From assembly GCA_028023455.1 (NCBI GenBank), contig JAQFVV010000004.1, positions 16,058,001 through 16,122,000 on the forward strand: DNA of 64,000 nt. Direction: 5' to 3'. Position numbers and translations under genes: made by a program. Every line of letters begins with the position of its first letter. The first letter of the stretch is position 1. Shown here one piece after another: positions 62,055 to 64,000 of the stretch. The DNA comes from Epiperipatus broadwayi. Lineage: Eukaryota > Animalia > Onychophora. The notes beneath the pieces are model-generated. The model had not been told where the DNA came from. It did no database searches and worked only from the letters and a program-made list of their open reading frames with translations.

Positions 62055-64000
62055 TCAACCATTATCAATCCACTGCAGGATAAAGGTCTCTCCAAGTTCA
62101 ATCCATCTTTTCCTATCTTTAGCATCTCTTCTCCACATCACCCCTGCACACTTTCTTATTTCATCCACCCATCTCACATGTGGTCTCTTTCTGGGTCTTT
62201 TACAGCCTCTTGGAATTCAGTTTAAAATTTCAATTGTCCATCTGTTATCATCTCTTCTAACAATATGTCCAGCCCAACTCCACTTCAGTCTTTTAATTTT
62301 TTCAATGAGGTCAGTAACACCTGTTTGTTCTCTTACCCATACATTGCGTTTTCGATTTCTTCTTGTTATTCCCAACATGTATCTCTCCATACTTCTTTGA
62401 GTGGTCTGAAGTCTCTGTATTGCTCTTCTATTAAGTGTCCAAGTCTCAGATCCATAAGTAAGAACTGGCAAAACACATTTATTAAAAACCTTCCTTTTCA
62501 AACACATAGGCATATTTCCATTTAGTATCAAGTTATTTCTACCAAAAGCACTCCAACCAAGTTTAATTCTATGATTAATTTCTCCCATTATATTTCCATC
62601 TGTATTAATAATCTGACCAAGATATTTGTAACTGTGAACTTCTTCTAACTCATCATAATCAATCTTTATTTTTATATTTTGAGAAAATCTATTAAACATT
62701 ACTTTAGTCTTTTTAACATTTATCTTTAGTCCTACTTTCCTACTTTCATCTGATAACTCCTGCAACATTTCCTGTAGCTCTAAAGCATTATTTGCTAAAA
62801 CAACTACATCATCTGCAAAATCTAAATGACTTAAATAATCTCCATTTACTTTCACTCCTTTAGCTTCCCATTTTAATCCACAAAATACTTCTTGCAGCAC
62901 TGCTGTAAAAAGTTTTGGAGATATGGAGTCACCCTGTCTTACACCCTTTTCAATGTTGATTTTCCTACTATCATTATGTAATCTAATTGTTGCTGTTGCA
63001 TTTTTATAAATATTCTTTAAAATATGACAATATCCTGGATCTACACCTTGATGATCCAATGCTTTAATCACTGAAAAAATGTTTATAGAATCAAATGCCT
63101 TTTCATAATCTACAAATCCTAAGCATAATGGCAACTCATATTCATTTCTCCTTTCTATAATTTCTCTCAATACCTGGACATGATCTACTGTACTAAAACC
63201 ACTTTTAAATCCAACTTGTTCTCTTGGTTGGTGGAAATCCAGTGTTTTTTGTAGATGAGTTGTAATTATCTTAGTAAAAATTTTGTATAAAACTGATAAA
63301 AGACTGATAGGTCTGTAATTTCTAATATCATCTTTATCACCTTTTTTAAATATTAATATTAATACTGCATTCTTCCAATCATCTGGTACATCTTTATCAT
63401 TTAGACATTTTGTATATAACTTTGTTAAAATTGTTTCTATTTCTTCACCTGCTTCTTTTAATATATCAGTTACAATTCCATCATTACCTGGAGCCTTCCC
63501 TTTCTTCATAAATTTAATTGCATGTCTCACTTCCTCATTCAAAATTCTGGGCAATTCAGAAGGTATAATATGTATAGGAGGCACTTGTTTTTTATTACTA
63601 TATAATTCTTGATAGAAGTCTTCTACACATTTTATGATGTCATCTCTCTTTTTAGTAATAATGCCATCTTTTTTTCTTATTTCAGATATAAATTTCCTAC
63701 CAATACCAAAATGTTGTTTTACACTCTTTAGACTTTTATTCTCTTCTACAGCTTTCCTTGCTAGTTCACAATTATACTTTTTTATATCATTTTCAACTCT
63801 TTTCCGTACCATTTTACAAAATTTGAGATATGCAATCCTTTTTAATGCATCATTGTTGTATATCCTCATATTCCTTCTTTTCTTCATAAATTCTCTAGTC
63901 TCAGTAGAAATTTTTTTGGTCAATTGCTGCTTTTTTTCTACCAGCTATCTTTGTTGCAGTTTTTAAAAGTGTATCGTTATTTTCCTATTAATATCATTCA
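62052..64000 (-). mobile_element. RTE-clade LINE, RT region and 3' end (continues beyond the window)
   Basis: 568-aa ORF 62217-63923 with KAPGNDGI, NYRPISLL, DYEKAFDS, GVRQGD, DFADD, YKYLG, VLTYGSETW, KWSWAGH. It reads on past an in-frame TGA (62217) as IPRGCKRPRKRPHVRWVD..ILQW to TGATGA at 62052-62057. Confidence 0.92.

Noticed and set aside
61971-62225. YIYIYI ORF
   Set aside because: It is a translation of the (AT)n microsatellite.

Overview
Very AT-rich, CpG-poor eukaryotic (probably invertebrate) genomic DNA; the organism cannot be fixed from this window. I found one convincing host exon, a 132-nt symmetric phase-1 exon on + (15632-15763) encoding an acidic stretch and a C-x2-C-x12-H-x4-C zinc finger. 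The rest looks like long intronic or intergenic sequence filled with retroelements. Main content: (1) three L1/Tx1-like LINE copies nested in the same orientation (about 22.1-30.4 kb); (2) three Penelope-like (PLE) GIY-YIG remnants, two of them folded into ~790 and ~880 bp inverted-repeat structures; (3) a series of non-coding foldback or partial-tandem mini-elements carrying minimal type I hammerhead ribozyme (HHR) motifs, including U3-A8 compensatory variants and a U9 variant, which is the most striking recurrent signal; (4) a young 5.45-kb gag-only LTR retroelement with ~1.9-kb near-identical LTRs, a tRNA-Lys-like PBS, a PPT and an intact coiled-coil + capsid (Arc-like architecture) Gag but no pol, next to a decayed Gypsy gag-pol; (5) an RTE LINE running off the right edge; (6) hAT and TTAA MITEs, a minimal tRNA-Gly SINE, and tandem or simple repeats. 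All coordinates and identities were read by eye; no alignment, folding or database search was run.
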